From positions 44,278 through 108,277 of the IMG/VR virus record IMGVR_UViG_3300050821_002136: a stretch of DNA of 64,000 bases; one strand, written 5' to 3'. This stretch comes from a virus. Made by a program: the position numbers and the translations under genes. Under the pieces are notes generated by a model. The model had not been told where the DNA came from. It did no database searches and worked only from the letters and a program-made list of their open reading frames with translations. Positions within the stretch are counted from its first letter, which is position 1, and each line of letters opens with the position of its first letter. This document shows, piece by piece, positions 9,391 through 18,894 of this stretch.

Positions 9391-10508
9391 AAAAGGCCAA
9401 TCACCAAGCAAACGTTGTAAGGATTGCGGAAGTATTACCACACTCTAATGCCGACAGCTTGGAAATCATACACATCGGCGCATTCCAAGTAGTGACCAAG
9501 AAGGGCAACTTCAAAACTGGGGATCTCGGTGTCTACATTCAGCCTGACAGCGTCGTACCTCAGACTGAGCCCTTCAAGTTCATTTGGGAAACCTATGTAG
9601 GCTTGGATGGTACTGTGCCTGAGAAACGCAGGCGCATCACCGTAAAGCGTTTGCGAAAGGAGTGGAGCGAAGGATTGCTCATGCCTCTCTCTGACTTCCC
9701 TGAGCTTTCTGTGTTCAATCTACCTGAAGGCGCAGATGTCTCAGAACTCCTGGGCATCACTCACTATGACCCAGACAAAGGCAAGGAACCTGCTGCGGAC
9801 AACGAGACCTTCAAGAAGAAGCGTAGCAAGTACCCAAGGAGTCTCAAGGGATGGTGGTATCTCATCCTGCACAAGCTGGGCATTTACACCAGCGGTGGGC
9901 AGAACCATGGGTTCGACAATGAGGAGGGAACAGACATGCCCGTGTTCGACGTAGATGCGTTCAAGCACTACAAGAACGCATTCGAACGTGAGGAGCTGGT
10001 AGAGGTAACTGAGAAGATCCATGGGAGCAATGCACGCTTCGTGTTCCGAGAGGGACACATGTACGCAGGGTCACGAACTCAGTGGAAAGCTGAGAACGCC
10101 AATTGTATCTGGCGCAATGTGCTCAGGGCTCAGCCATGGATTGAAGCATGGTGCCGTACGCATGAGGGCTATGGGCTCTACGGTGAGGTCACTCCCACCC
10201 AGGGTGAGAATTTTCAATATGGAAGCGCTGAACCTCAGTTCTTCCCATTTGACATTAGGACCCCTGAGGGAACTTGGCTGGAAGAAATAGAAACCGGACC
10301 AGCACAATGGGTACCCGTGCTATACCAAGGTCCGTTCTACTGGGAAGAAATCAGTAAGTTGGTTGACGGACAGACCGCTGTGCCAAATGCTAAGGGCATC
10401 CGAGAAGGCATAGTGATTCGTCCAGTGAAAGAACGGCATGTACGCGGCCTCGGCCGATTAATTCTCAAATGTGTCTCAAATTCGTACCTCGAAAAGGATG
10501 GAAAATAA
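9387..10508 (+). CDS. ATP-dependent RNA ligase with N-terminal OB fold (DRB0094/Rnl2-like)
   Basis: HSNADSLE N-terminal domain; motif I EKIHGSN; YGE, FDI, REGIVIRP, ILK. Confidence 0.9.
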   Translation: MKKANHQANVVRIAEVLPHSNADSLEIIHIGAFQVVTKKGNFKTGDLGVYIQPDSVVPQTEPFKFIWETYVGLDGTVPEKRRRITVKRLRKEWSEGLLMPLSDFPELSVFNLPEGADVSELLGITHYDPDKGKEPAADNETFKKKRSKYPRSLKGWWYLILHKLGIYTSGGQNHGFDNEEGTDMPVFDVDAFKHYKNAFEREELVEVTEKIHGSNARFVFREGHMYAGSRTQWKAENANCIWRNVLRAQPWIEAWCRTHEGYGLYGEVTPTQGENFQYGSAEPQFFPFDIRTPEGTWLEEIETGPAQWVPVLYQGPFYWEEISKLVDGQTAVPNAKGIREGIVIRPVKERHVRGLGRLILKCVSNSYLEKDGK

Positions 10509-10510
10509 CC

Positions 10511-10813
10511 ATGGCAACAAATACCATACAAACACAGCAGTTGAACCGAGTAGCAGCTACGACATCTGAGGCCATCTTGGAATTCATTCGGCAACGCTTG
10601 GCTGACACAGAAACCAAGGGAGCCTTCACAGCTGACCAGCTCCGCTTCTACGTTACCAACCATGTGAGCGGAGGAGTTTCACCATCCTCGGCTGACCGTG
10701 TACTGCGTATGCTGCGTCAAAAGGGCGCGTTGGATTACGTCGTGCTCAACCGTGGGAAGAGCCTGTACCGTGCTATGCCCATCACTGAAGTCAGGGCCAC
10801 TGTGGTTTCCTAG
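10511..10813 (+). CDS. Small winged-helix DNA-binding protein (putative)
   Basis: SPSSADRVLRMLRQKG..Y.V.NRGKSLY. Confidence 0.65.
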   Translation: MATNTIQTQQLNRVAATTSEAILEFIRQRLADTETKGAFTADQLRFYVTNHVSGGVSPSSADRVLRMLRQKGALDYVVLNRGKSLYRAMPITEVRATVVS

Positions 10814-10815
10814 CC

Positions 10816-11445
10816 ATGGGATATAAAGACCCAGAAAAGAGGCTCTCGGACGCCAAACGACGGAGCAAACTTAGGTACAAGGAAAAGAAGGACGAAATCT
10901 TGGCCAAAGCCAAAGAAGACTACGCCTCAAACCCTGAGTTTAAAGAGAAGGCCAAACAAAGAGCAGCTAAGTACTACAAAGAGAATCCAGACAAAGTCAA
11001 AGAATCCGCCATGAAAAGCCATGAAAATAACCGAGAGCAAAAGAAGATTGATGCGAGACGCAATCGTCTTTGGAGATTTTTTAGGCTTACTCCAGAGGAC
11101 TACGAAAGTATAAAAAAGTACCAAGAAGAGCACTTCTTGTTTAGGTGTCTTATAGGTAAAGACAAAAAAAGAAATGCCGTTGAACATCGACACAAAGACG
11201 GATTGGTACGAGGTTTAATGGCAGTAATACTGAACAGGGCTTATGGGATAATAGAAAGGCTGTATCCAAATAACACCTCAGAAGTGCTTAGAGCCCTTGC
11301 TGAATTCCATGACAACCCGCCTGCAACGTCAGCCTTGGGGTCTCCTAGGTACGGTATATTGGGAATATCAAGGTCCAAGAAAAAGATGATTTACGGCTCC
11401 CCAGATGGCCCAATCACAGCTCCGAAGAAAGTGAGAACAAAGTGA
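10816..11445 (+). CDS. Endonuclease VII-like protein lacking Zn-binding cysteines; basic N-terminal helical repeats
   Basis: LTPEDYE..AVEHRHKDGLVRGLM...NRAYG resembles the EndoVII motif VDHxHxTGxVRGLLCxxCN. Confidence 0.65.
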   Translation: MGYKDPEKRLSDAKRRSKLRYKEKKDEILAKAKEDYASNPEFKEKAKQRAAKYYKENPDKVKESAMKSHENNREQKKIDARRNRLWRFFRLTPEDYESIKKYQEEHFLFRCLIGKDKKRNAVEHRHKDGLVRGLMAVILNRAYGIIERLYPNNTSEVLRALAEFHDNPPATSALGSPRYGILGISRSKKKMIYGSPDGPITAPKKVRTK

Positions 11446-11846
11446 GCGAAAACAAAGTCGAAGCACAGCTCTACCAGGACACGTTCCTGAATGTCATGGC
11501 ACTTTACACGGCACTCAAGGGCCAGCCATCCCGAGGTGTACGCCGAGCTGAACTCAAGCAAGGTGAGGTGACCCCGGAAGCAATTGACTTCCTCGCGGAC
11601 GTAGAGATCAAAGCTAAGCGCACCCTGTCATCTTACGATTACACAAGGCTCATGAATCTTGCGGGTCTAGACAGATACCAAGAAGCCCCCATAGATCTGC
11701 AGAACGAACTTGGTCAGGTTTTCTTGGAACATTCCCTCAACTATGACGGGGACTACCGAGTACTCTACTACCGTGCCAAGAACGCTCGAATGCAAGACCG
11801 AGAAGAACCACAGCAGTTTCCCGAGGAGACAGAATACAATGACTGA
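11442..11846 (+). CDS. Hypothetical protein
   Basis: GTGA overlap with upstream gene. Confidence 0.7.
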   Translation: MSENKVEAQLYQDTFLNVMALYTALKGQPSRGVRRAELKQGEVTPEAIDFLADVEIKAKRTLSSYDYTRLMNLAGLDRYQEAPIDLQNELGQVFLEHSLNYDGDYRVLYYRAKNARMQDREEPQQFPEETEYND

Positions 11847-12417
11847 GGAGATTAACAATGGAAACGATATTCAATCATCCGATAACGTCCGTAGTGCTTC
11901 TAGTGATAGTGCTGACGTTCATTCTGAGAGTTCTAGAGTTGATGAACAAAAGCTTCGACTAGACTCAGCTCTGCCACACCCAGCAGACGTTCCTGCGGAG
12001 GCCGTAACGAGGACTATAGAAGACGCGGACCTGGGGGCATCTAAGCCAGTCCCTGTAGCCAAGCCAGAACCTAAGCACACTGTAGAGCACGCCATTGTCA
12101 AGGCATGCGGACACAGCATTGACCTGAGGCATCCACCTACGCAAGCGAACTGTGAAGATTGCTGGACTGCATTCTTTACACTGGCTGTGGATACTCCGAG
12201 CATCCATAAGATCCTCGTGGAGCAAGGACGGACGGGATTGGAACGTATGGTAGGGAAGAAGTTCGTGAAACACTTTGGCAAGTTCCTCCAAAACCGACTC
12301 AATGCTTTTACTCCTGAGGAAATAGCTAAAGTGGAACCAACCATAGAAGGCAGCATCATGAGCGTCAAGGAGGAAATAAATGCAGTATCCAATCTACAAA
12401 CTTCTCAAGAACGATAA
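11839..12417 (+). CDS. Hypothetical protein (CGH...CEDC metal motif)
   Basis: GAGGAG RBS before ATG 11839. Confidence 0.7.
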   Translation: MTEEINNGNDIQSSDNVRSASSDSADVHSESSRVDEQKLRLDSALPHPADVPAEAVTRTIEDADLGASKPVPVAKPEPKHTVEHAIVKACGHSIDLRHPPTQANCEDCWTAFFTLAVDTPSIHKILVEQGRTGLERMVGKKFVKHFGKFLQNRLNAFTPEEIAKVEPTIEGSIMSVKEEINAVSNLQTSQER

Positions 12418-12535
12418 CCTGAAACTATGGGACGGTCCTTCGCTCTCTAAGGAGCAAGCGGAGACGCTGTTGAAGCAGAGACAGGCAGAGAACCCTAAGG
12501 CAAAGTTTCTCATCATCAGAATGAAGGAGAGCTAA
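12380..12535 (+). CDS. 51-aa hypothetical protein (not in ORF track)
   Basis: AAGGAGG RBS; MQYPIYKLL...RMKES*; stop overlaps the recA start. Confidence 0.7.
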   Translation: MQYPIYKLLKNDNLKLWDGPSLSKEQAETLLKQRQAENPKAKFLIIRMKES

Positions 12536-13623
12536 TGGCGTTTGGAAAAAAGAAAGAGGAGCAGAAGGCTCCTAAGGTGGTGGTCACAGCTCCGACTAGC
12601 GATGTTGAGAAGTTCAAATCATTGTTTGCTGTGTCCAAAGCTCTGGATGCCAAGCATGAGACGAGCAATTCCTTGATGCGCTTGGGGGCCAAGAACATCA
12701 TACGCATCCCTAGCATCAGCACCAAGTTGCCCACTGTGGATTACGACATGCTAGGCTGCGGTGGTGTACCTAGAGGCAGAGTAGTTGAGATCTTCGGACC
12801 TGAATCCTCCGGGAAAACTACATGGTGCTTATGGCTTGCTGCACAGGCTCAGGCTCAGGGTGATGTAGTTGTTTATATTGACGCAGAACATGCACTAGAC
12901 ATAGGCTATGCTCAGCAGCTAGGCGTAAATGTGGACAACGTACTTATTAGCCAGCCCAACAGCGGAGAGCAAGCCTTGCAAGTTGCCGATGCAGTTGTGG
13001 AATCAAAATGTGCAGGACTAATTATCGTGGATTCAGTAGCAGCTCTCGTACCTGAGGCTGAGTTGGCAGGAGACATTGGAGATGCGCATGTTGGCCTACA
13101 AGCCCGTATGATGTCGCAAGCTCTGCGTATACTCACAGCCAAGGCAGACGTAAACAAAGTAACGGTAGTCTTCATCAATCAAATACGCGAGAAGATCGGT
13201 GTCATGTTTGGCAACCCTGAGACAACGACGGGAGGTAGGGCACTGAAGTTTTACTCTAGCATTCGAATTGACATACGCCGTAAGGAAGAGATCAAGCAAG
13301 GGACGGAACTGGTAGGCCACACGATTCGCCTAAAGGCAGTCAAGAATAAAGTGGGCACACCTCTCAGGGAGACCATGATTGACCTGTACTACCCTGGCAC
13401 TAGCTTTACCCCGGGCTTTGATCACATTGGAGACCTGATCACCTTTGCTTCTAAACGGGGCCTGTTCGAGATGTCTGGATCGTGGTATAATCTCAATGGT
13501 GAGAGACTAGCCAACGGCTTAGCGAATCTTAAGGAACGCCTGCGAGAGGACGACGCAATCCTCTTACATCTACGCAAGAAAATCGAGAAGTTATCCGAGG
13601 CAGATACTGAGGTGAAAATATGA
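12535..13623 (+). CDS. recA: RecA recombinase
   Basis: GPESSGKTT, YIDAEHALD, DSVAALVP, GLQARMMSQALR, GGRALKFYSS. Confidence 0.97.
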   Translation: MAFGKKKEEQKAPKVVVTAPTSDVEKFKSLFAVSKALDAKHETSNSLMRLGAKNIIRIPSISTKLPTVDYDMLGCGGVPRGRVVEIFGPESSGKTTWCLWLAAQAQAQGDVVVYIDAEHALDIGYAQQLGVNVDNVLISQPNSGEQALQVADAVVESKCAGLIIVDSVAALVPEAELAGDIGDAHVGLQARMMSQALRILTAKADVNKVTVVFINQIREKIGVMFGNPETTTGGRALKFYSSIRIDIRRKEEIKQGTELVGHTIRLKAVKNKVGTPLRETMIDLYYPGTSFTPGFDHIGDLITFASKRGLFEMSGSWYNLNGERLANGLANLKERLREDDAILLHLRKKIEKLSEADTEVKI

Positions 13624-13883
13624 AAAACATCTACGAAGGTGAGTACGAAGGGTACTCCGACAAAGCCAATGACATAGAGAATAGACTTCGTCCCATCATC
13701 GACCAAATGTTGAATGAATTATGGGACGAGGGATACTCACTGCGGCAGGCTTCTCACCTCATGCAGGAACTCATCTCCATCACAGCAGTTGAGAAGATCA
13801 TACGCAGAAACACAAAAAGGAGAACAGCGCCTTCCATCAAGAAGAATGAACATTTCTATGTTCCCGGGGAGCTAGAGTCGTGA
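13620..13883 (+). CDS. Hypothetical protein
   Basis: ATGA overlap; RBS GAGGTG. Confidence 0.7.
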   Translation: MKNIYEGEYEGYSDKANDIENRLRPIIDQMLNELWDEGYSLRQASHLMQELISITAVEKIIRRNTKRRTAPSIKKNEHFYVPGELES

Positions 13884-14413
13884 AGCCTATAGGCAGCGCC
13901 ATCAGGACATACACTGGAGTGCTATTTGACTTTGTATGTCCTGAGAAATCTCCTATCAGTATAGAAGATATTTCTCATTCATTAAGTCTTTTATGTAGAT
14001 TCGCTGGGCACTGCAAGAAGTTCTACAGCGTGGCTGAGCACTCCGTACGTGTCAGTGAAATAGTCCCTCCCGAGCACGCCTTATGGGGACTGATGCACGA
14101 TGCTGGAGAAGCCTACTGCGTTGATGTACCTCGGCCGCTCAAGCACATGGCCGGTATGGAGTCATATCGTGCCCATGAAAAGCGTGTAATGGCCGCGATA
14201 TGCGCATGGTTCCACATGGACCCAACTGAGCCCCCTGAGGTGAAGACTGCAGACACCATCATGCTAGTCACTGAGCAACGTGACTTGCTGAAAAACTCTC
14301 ATCCAGACTTTGCCAATATCACACCTCGGTGCGAGGTCATTGAACCGTGGACATCAAGGAAAGCTGAACAGAAGTTCCTTAACAGGTTCTACGAACTAAC
14401 CGAAGAAAAATAA
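13880..14413 (+). CDS. HD-domain phosphohydrolase (YfbR/YfdR-like deoxynucleotidase)
   Basis: RFAGH..FYSVAEHS..LMHDAGEAY..VKTAD. Confidence 0.9.
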   Translation: MKPIGSAIRTYTGVLFDFVCPEKSPISIEDISHSLSLLCRFAGHCKKFYSVAEHSVRVSEIVPPEHALWGLMHDAGEAYCVDVPRPLKHMAGMESYRAHEKRVMAAICAWFHMDPTEPPEVKTADTIMLVTEQRDLLKNSHPDFANITPRCEVIEPWTSRKAEQKFLNRFYELTEEK

Positions 14414-14432
14414 ATCCAAGGAGATCCGATGT

Positions 14433-14885
14433 ATGCCGAATACTACGCAGGAAACGCAAGTGAAGACTGGGAACTCTCAATCACCTTCTACCCCACAGAA
14501 GACTGGGCGTACACGGCCTACATCACAGGGCTCCCGGTTTTCTACTGGGACGAAAAAAGACAAGCGTGGGAGCAGCAAGTACGCCCAGAAGTCCCGAGGG
14601 AATAAATTCGTAAATTTAGTACGAAAGCCCCAGGGTCCCGTCAACACGTACACGAGTGTGTGCTGCTCTGTACCTGCTACTAAGACTCCATGCATTGCTG
14701 TCAGCAAGAAGGACGCACTGGTACAGGGCTTAGGGAAGTTCCGCTGCTCCGCGTGCAAGAAGAGGTGTAAGGTCACTGTGAGCAAGTTCAAGGCTCCCGA
14801 GTCATTAACGAAGGATGGCTGGAAGCCCAGTGACGAAGTAAAACCCGGAGAAGAAGTGATTGCGGAGGTCAACAGTGCTGGCTAA
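14433..14885 (+). CDS. Basic protein with CC...CxxC zinc ribbon
   Basis: AAGGAG RBS; SVCCSVP..FRCSACKKRC. Confidence 0.7.
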   Translation: MPNTTQETQVKTGNSQSPSTPQKTGRTRPTSQGSRFSTGTKKDKRGSSKYAQKSRGNKFVNLVRKPQGPVNTYTSVCCSVPATKTPCIAVSKKDALVQGLGKFRCSACKKRCKVTVSKFKAPESLTKDGWKPSDEVKPGEEVIAEVNSAG

Positions 14886-15108
14886 GATCCACCTGAAAAC
14901 TGCCTGCGGTTGTACTAGGGTGTTCTTCCAACCTGTAGACACTGTACCCAGGCAAGTGCATATACCGCTACGTGCCACAGATGTAACCTACCCTTTCGGT
15001 GGCCCTTTAAAATCGGTTTACGACAAACGTGCTTTCTCTGTGGTGGAAGGACTGTGGAAATCTACTCGTCGTATTGAACTATGGTGTGAGGAGATTGTCA
15101 ATGTCTAA
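14875..15108 (+). CDS. Hypothetical protein
   Basis: GGAGG RBS with GTG start. Confidence 0.6.
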   Translation: MLAKIHLKTACGCTRVFFQPVDTVPRQVHIPLRATDVTYPFGGPLKSVYDKRAFSVVEGLWKSTRRIELWCEEIVNV

Positions 15109-15247
15109 AAATGATAAGGAATATTGGGTAGGAGTACTGTGCATTGTCTTCTCCCTTGTGTTTGCAACGAGCAATTCTTGGCTGGCTTTAAGCTTTGCTG
15201 TTCTGGCTGTTGTAATTCTAGGAAATTTGCTGAGGAGGATTTTGTGA
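15101..15247 (+). CDS. Small two-TM membrane protein (holin candidate)
   Basis: Two hydrophobic stretches, basic C-terminus, GAGGAG RBS. Confidence 0.6.
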   Translation: MSKNDKEYWVGVLCIVFSLVFATSNSWLALSFAVLAVVILGNLLRRIL

Positions 15248-15639
15248 GAAGGACCGTAGAAAATCTCGTAATATGGCTCAGCATTCTCGTCCTAGCTTTA
15301 TTCCTAGCAGTTGCTTTCATGGTCTCTTTAGGGCATGCCTCGACTACTAAGGCACGACCAAACTCCCTAGGGGCTCCTCAGTTTTTTGACAACCCATACA
15401 CGTACCTCTTCGGACTCCCTATCGAAGGCAAGTACGTGGACGGCAACCTCAACCTCAGAGTGCAGCCCTATGCTACTGCTGAGTTGTTTGATGAGTCAGT
15501 GCTGTTTTGTGGGGACGTGTCCGTAGCGTTCGAAGGCAAGAAGGGTCCGCTCGTGATCACATACCGTACACAGGCAGGACGCATGGTCCAAGGTATTGGA
15601 TGCCATGAACTCCTGAGTGTCTTCGAGGTGAAACCATGA
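15244..15639 (+). CDS. Membrane-anchored or exported hypothetical protein
   Basis: N-terminal hydrophobic helix; two Cys. Confidence 0.7.
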   Translation: MRRTVENLVIWLSILVLALFLAVAFMVSLGHASTTKARPNSLGAPQFFDNPYTYLFGLPIEGKYVDGNLNLRVQPYATAELFDESVLFCGDVSVAFEGKKGPLVITYRTQAGRMVQGIGCHELLSVFEVKP

Positions 15640-15681
15640 GCCCGTCCGTGAGAAGGAAAAAAATTTTCGGAGGAGATTCAC

Positions 15682-16122
15682 ATGGCAATTGACAACATCA
15701 TCGACCAACTCAAAAGAGACGAAGGCCTACGCTTAGACGTTTACATGGACACCGTGGGCAAGCGCACCATCGGCTACGGCCACAACCTTGACGCCAACCC
15801 TATACCCGCATTGGTGACTCCTATCAACGAGACTCTAGCGAGTCAAATCCTAGGTGTAGACGTAGAGCGCATCTCTAGATTCCTCGTGTCTCAGCTGCCT
15901 TGGGTAGTAAGCCTAGACGATGCGCGTCTTGGCGTCATGCAGAATATGAGCTTCAACCTGGGAGTCCCGGGACTATTGCAGTTCCACCATGACTTGGCAG
16001 ATACGCAGGCCGGTAACTACGAGCAGGCCGCTGCTGATATGAAAGCATCCAAGTGGTATACTGAAGTTGGAGACCGAGCTGTACGCTTGGTTGAACAAAT
16101 GAGGAGCGGAATATGGCAGTAA
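15682..16122 (+). CDS. Endolysin, GH24/T4-lysozyme-like muramidase
   Basis: LKRDEGLRLDVYMDTVGKRTIGYGHNL (E-x8-D-x5-T); MSFNLG; SKWY..VGDRA. Confidence 0.92.
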   Translation: MAIDNIIDQLKRDEGLRLDVYMDTVGKRTIGYGHNLDANPIPALVTPINETLASQILGVDVERISRFLVSQLPWVVSLDDARLGVMQNMSFNLGVPGLLQFHHDLADTQAGNYEQAAADMKASKWYTEVGDRAVRLVEQMRSGIWQ

Positions 16123-16400
16123 GCACATGGTGGAAGGTAAACAAGTATGCGGTGGAAATCACTCCCGTAGGGGTAGTAAAAGAGACAGAAAAGTTTATCA
16201 CCCTTGCTCCTACAGTGTGGTTTAAAAGAGAAATGCGTGTTGCCAAGTCTAACGAGTATTTCCCTACATTTGCTGCAGCACGTACATATCTTTTGGAACA
16301 CTTTTCTAGGAACATGGAAAGTGCTAGACAGCAAATAACCACTTACAAGAAGTATTGGGACAAAGTCTTCCTGATGGAACCTCCTAAGGATACAAAATGA
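16113..16400 (+). CDS. Hypothetical protein
   Basis: V.KETEKF motif; overlapping start. Confidence 0.7.
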   Translation: MAVSTWWKVNKYAVEITPVGVVKETEKFITLAPTVWFKREMRVAKSNEYFPTFAAARTYLLEHFSRNMESARQQITTYKKYWDKVFLMEPPKDTK

Positions 16401-16543
16401 ACTGGGGGAAATTGGCAGCTATGGGAGGCCTTGGATGGGGCTTAGCAACGTCCTTGGGTTACCTTGTCTACGGAGATTGGCGCAAAGCTTTGTACTTTTT
16501 CCTAGGAGCTGCAATTACTGCGGTCGTTATATGGCTGCTGTGA
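16397..16543 (+). CDS. 48-aa two-TM membrane protein (not in ORF track)
   Basis: MNWGKLAAMGGLGWGLATSLGYLVYGDWRKALYFFLGAAITAVVIWLL*; AAGGA RBS. Confidence 0.7.
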   Translation: MNWGKLAAMGGLGWGLATSLGYLVYGDWRKALYFFLGAAITAVVIWLL

Positions 16544-16556
16544 GAAAGGAAAACCC

Positions 16557-16850
16557 ATGCTAGACGGAGAGAAGATCAATCACGCACTCAAGACGGGTAC
16601 CATGGATGACATGGGCACACGCATGGAGCACCTAACACAGCTCTATGAGCTTTGGAAGACTGGGCTGGATGTCATAGAACGCTTCGATAAGAACAGTCCT
16701 TTCTACGAAGAAAGGAAGCAAGAACTTGAAAGTGCCTTGAAGTTGCTGGCTTATCATTTTGAGAAGGACTACTCAGAAAATTCCTACAGGCAAGCGGTAG
16801 ATACCCTTCCTGCAAACGCAGAGGACTTCAAGGACCCGGAGAAATCATAA
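16557..16850 (+). CDS. Hypothetical protein
   Basis: AAAGGA RBS. Confidence 0.7.
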   Translation: MLDGEKINHALKTGTMDDMGTRMEHLTQLYELWKTGLDVIERFDKNSPFYEERKQELESALKLLAYHFEKDYSENSYRQAVDTLPANAEDFKDPEKS

Positions 16851-17872
16851 TGAGCACAGCTGGAACGCAGCGCAAACTCGACATCACGCAGAGCAGCAAG
16901 CTTTATGCACAACTAGCCAAGGACTTCTCAGCTAAGATCGTAGGCCAAGAGGAAGCTACTCAGGCCCTTCTGAATATTGTTGAGTCCCACCAAGCAGGCT
17001 TCTCGGATGCCAGCCACCCCGCTGGCGTAGCTCTGTTCCTCGGTCCAACAGGCACTGGCAAGACGCTAGTGGCTGAGACCCTGGCCGCATCCTTACTTGG
17101 TAGCAAGCTCGCCTGCCTGCGTATTGACTGCGCTGAGTACCAGCACGGACATGAGATCGCCAAATTAGTGGGATCTCCCCCGGGATACTTGGGCCATCGT
17201 GAGACGCACCCGCTGCTGACACAGGAAGCACTTAACCAGTGGCACACGGACAAGATGAAGCTTTCCATTCTTCTCTTCGACGAGATCGAGAAGGCCAGTG
17301 ATACGCTCTGGGCTTTGCTACTAGGCATCCTCGATAATGCTACGGTGACCTTAGGAGACAACCGCAAGGTTAACTTTAGCAATGTGATCATTGTCATGAC
17401 AAGCAACCTCGGCGCACGTAAGATGTCTAGTCGTGACATAGGATTCATGGACCCATCCGAAGAGACTGACAACGCTCGCATGGAGACGCAGGCCAGGAGC
17501 GCAGCAAAGAGCAAGTTCTCACCTGAGTTCATGAATCGTTTGCAGTCCATAGTGGTCTTCAAGACTTTGTCCGAGGAGCAAATTGAGAACATCCTTGAAC
17601 TTGAATTGAAGGCGCTAGAGTATCGCTTGTTCATGGTCAGCAAACCGTTCTTCACCATAGCCGTATCACCTAAAGCCAAACGTACGTTGCTGGCTGAGGG
17701 CTACGACAAGGCCTACGGTGCGCGGTATCTCAAACGCACTATCGAGAGACGCATACAGCAGCCGCTGGCAAGACTAGCAGCCAGTGGGCAAGTAGCAGAG
17801 CACGACAAAATCATCATTGATGACCTCGGAGACAAGAGCTTCGAGTTCTACGTACAGGGGAGAAACTTATGA
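16850..17872 (+). CDS. Stand-alone ClpA/ClpB D2-type AAA+ ATPase (AAA_2 plus small domain)
   Basis: IVGQEEA, GPTGTGKT, IDCAEY, LVGSPPGYLG, LFDEIEKA, MTSNLG, FSPEFMNR, YGARYLKR. Confidence 0.93.
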   Translation: MSTAGTQRKLDITQSSKLYAQLAKDFSAKIVGQEEATQALLNIVESHQAGFSDASHPAGVALFLGPTGTGKTLVAETLAASLLGSKLACLRIDCAEYQHGHEIAKLVGSPPGYLGHRETHPLLTQEALNQWHTDKMKLSILLFDEIEKASDTLWALLLGILDNATVTLGDNRKVNFSNVIIVMTSNLGARKMSSRDIGFMDPSEETDNARMETQARSAAKSKFSPEFMNRLQSIVVFKTLSEEQIENILELELKALEYRLFMVSKPFFTIAVSPKAKRTLLAEGYDKAYGARYLKRTIERRIQQPLARLAASGQVAEHDKIIIDDLGDKSFEFYVQGRNL

Positions 17873-18090
17873 CCAAAAAGAAAATTCTAGGGTACATCGT
17901 GTACAGCAGGTTTGGCGTTAAGATGCTGGGAGAGTTTAATGTTCTTTGGTTAGACGCCTCGGCTACTCTGTTTAAGAGCAGAGGGAGTGCAAAGGCCGCT
18001 ATAAAGCGTTCCGAGAAGTACGCAGCATCACGGTTCTACGGCACAGATGGACCGTGGTTCAACAACGAGATCATGCCAGTCACAAACTAG
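17869..18090 (+). CDS. Hypothetical protein, last + strand gene
   Basis: ATGA overlap. Confidence 0.65.
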   Translation: MTKKKILGYIVYSRFGVKMLGEFNVLWLDASATLFKSRGSAKAAIKRSEKYAASRFYGTDGPWFNNEIMPVTN

Positions 18091-18094
18091 GCAC

Positions 18095-18160
18095 AAAAAA
18101 ATAGCCCCAAGCATTCACTCAGGATCTTCTCTGGGTGGTGCTTGGGGCTATTCGTGTTTC
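18095..18160. terminator. Bidirectional intrinsic terminator between the convergent arms
   Basis: AATAGCCCCAAGCA...TGCTTGGGGCTATT stem; A-tract on the left, T-rich tail on the right. Confidence 0.9.
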
Positions 18161-18165
18161 TGGGG

Positions 18166-18885
18166 TTAGATCTTGTGTCCTACGTACGCTCCGGCCGCAA
18201 ACGCTGCGGCTGTCTTCATGCCGCCGAGGAACTTCTGCCACTTCGAACGCACGGCCAATTTCTTGAATCCGGCAATGTCGGCCTGGGCCTTTGTATTCAA
18301 TAGCTTGCATTGATTTAGATCATTAGAAAGGCTGAGATTGGTGCCGTTTAAGAGGGAAACCATGGATTTCTCATCAGCAAGATCGGCCGAGGCCTTGTCA
18401 AATCCTACCTTAGCTTCCACAGTAGCCTGTGCCTGGGGCACGCTGAGCGATACTTGTCCCCCCGGGGTAGCCGTGGCCTGCCCGAAGGCTGGGTTCTTGC
18501 TGTAGGCCGTCGTTACCGCTCTGGCAACCGTCTCAGCTGTGGCGTCTGGAAGCAATCCTGCCTGGACCTCCTTGGGAAGGGGCTCAGCATTCCTGTGGGC
18601 TATCTGAGCCTCCAAGGAAGCAATCTGAGTGGCCTGCGCGGCACGCTCTGCGTCATGTGCGCTCAGCTGATCCATGAAGACCTTGCGGTCCTGATTGTAC
18701 TGAGCATCCTTGACTTCCTGACGTGCAAGCTGAGCATCAAACGCTTTGACTCCGAGGTATCCACCGAAGCCCATGAGAACCAAGAGAAGAACTAGGGTCC
18801 CCACTAGCGCATAGGAAAAGCTAAGGTGCCTATGCGCGAGTACTGAGACCTCGCTCTGTACTGCTGTGGTAACACTGTCTGCCAT
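18166..18885 (-). CDS. Membrane-anchored coiled-coil protein (spanin-like candidate)
   Basis: N-terminal TM helix followed by Ala/Gln-rich coiled coil. Confidence 0.6.
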   Translation of the reverse strand: MADSVTTAVQSEVSVLAHRHLSFSYALVGTLVLLLVLMGFGGYLGVKAFDAQLARQEVKDAQYNQDRKVFMDQLSAHDAERAAQATQIASLEAQIAHRNAEPLPKEVQAGLLPDATAETVARAVTTAYSKNPAFGQATATPGGQVSLSVPQAQATVEAKVGFDKASADLADEKSMVSLLNGTNLSLSNDLNQCKLLNTKAQADIAGFKKLAVRSKWQKFLGGMKTAAAFAAGAYVGHKI

Positions 18886-18894
18886 GAGTCTCCT

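Noticed and set aside
13880-14413. HD protein as DatZ of a 2-aminoadenine (Z) genome
   Set aside because: No purZ or mazZ in the window, and the motifs fit the common YfdR-like family
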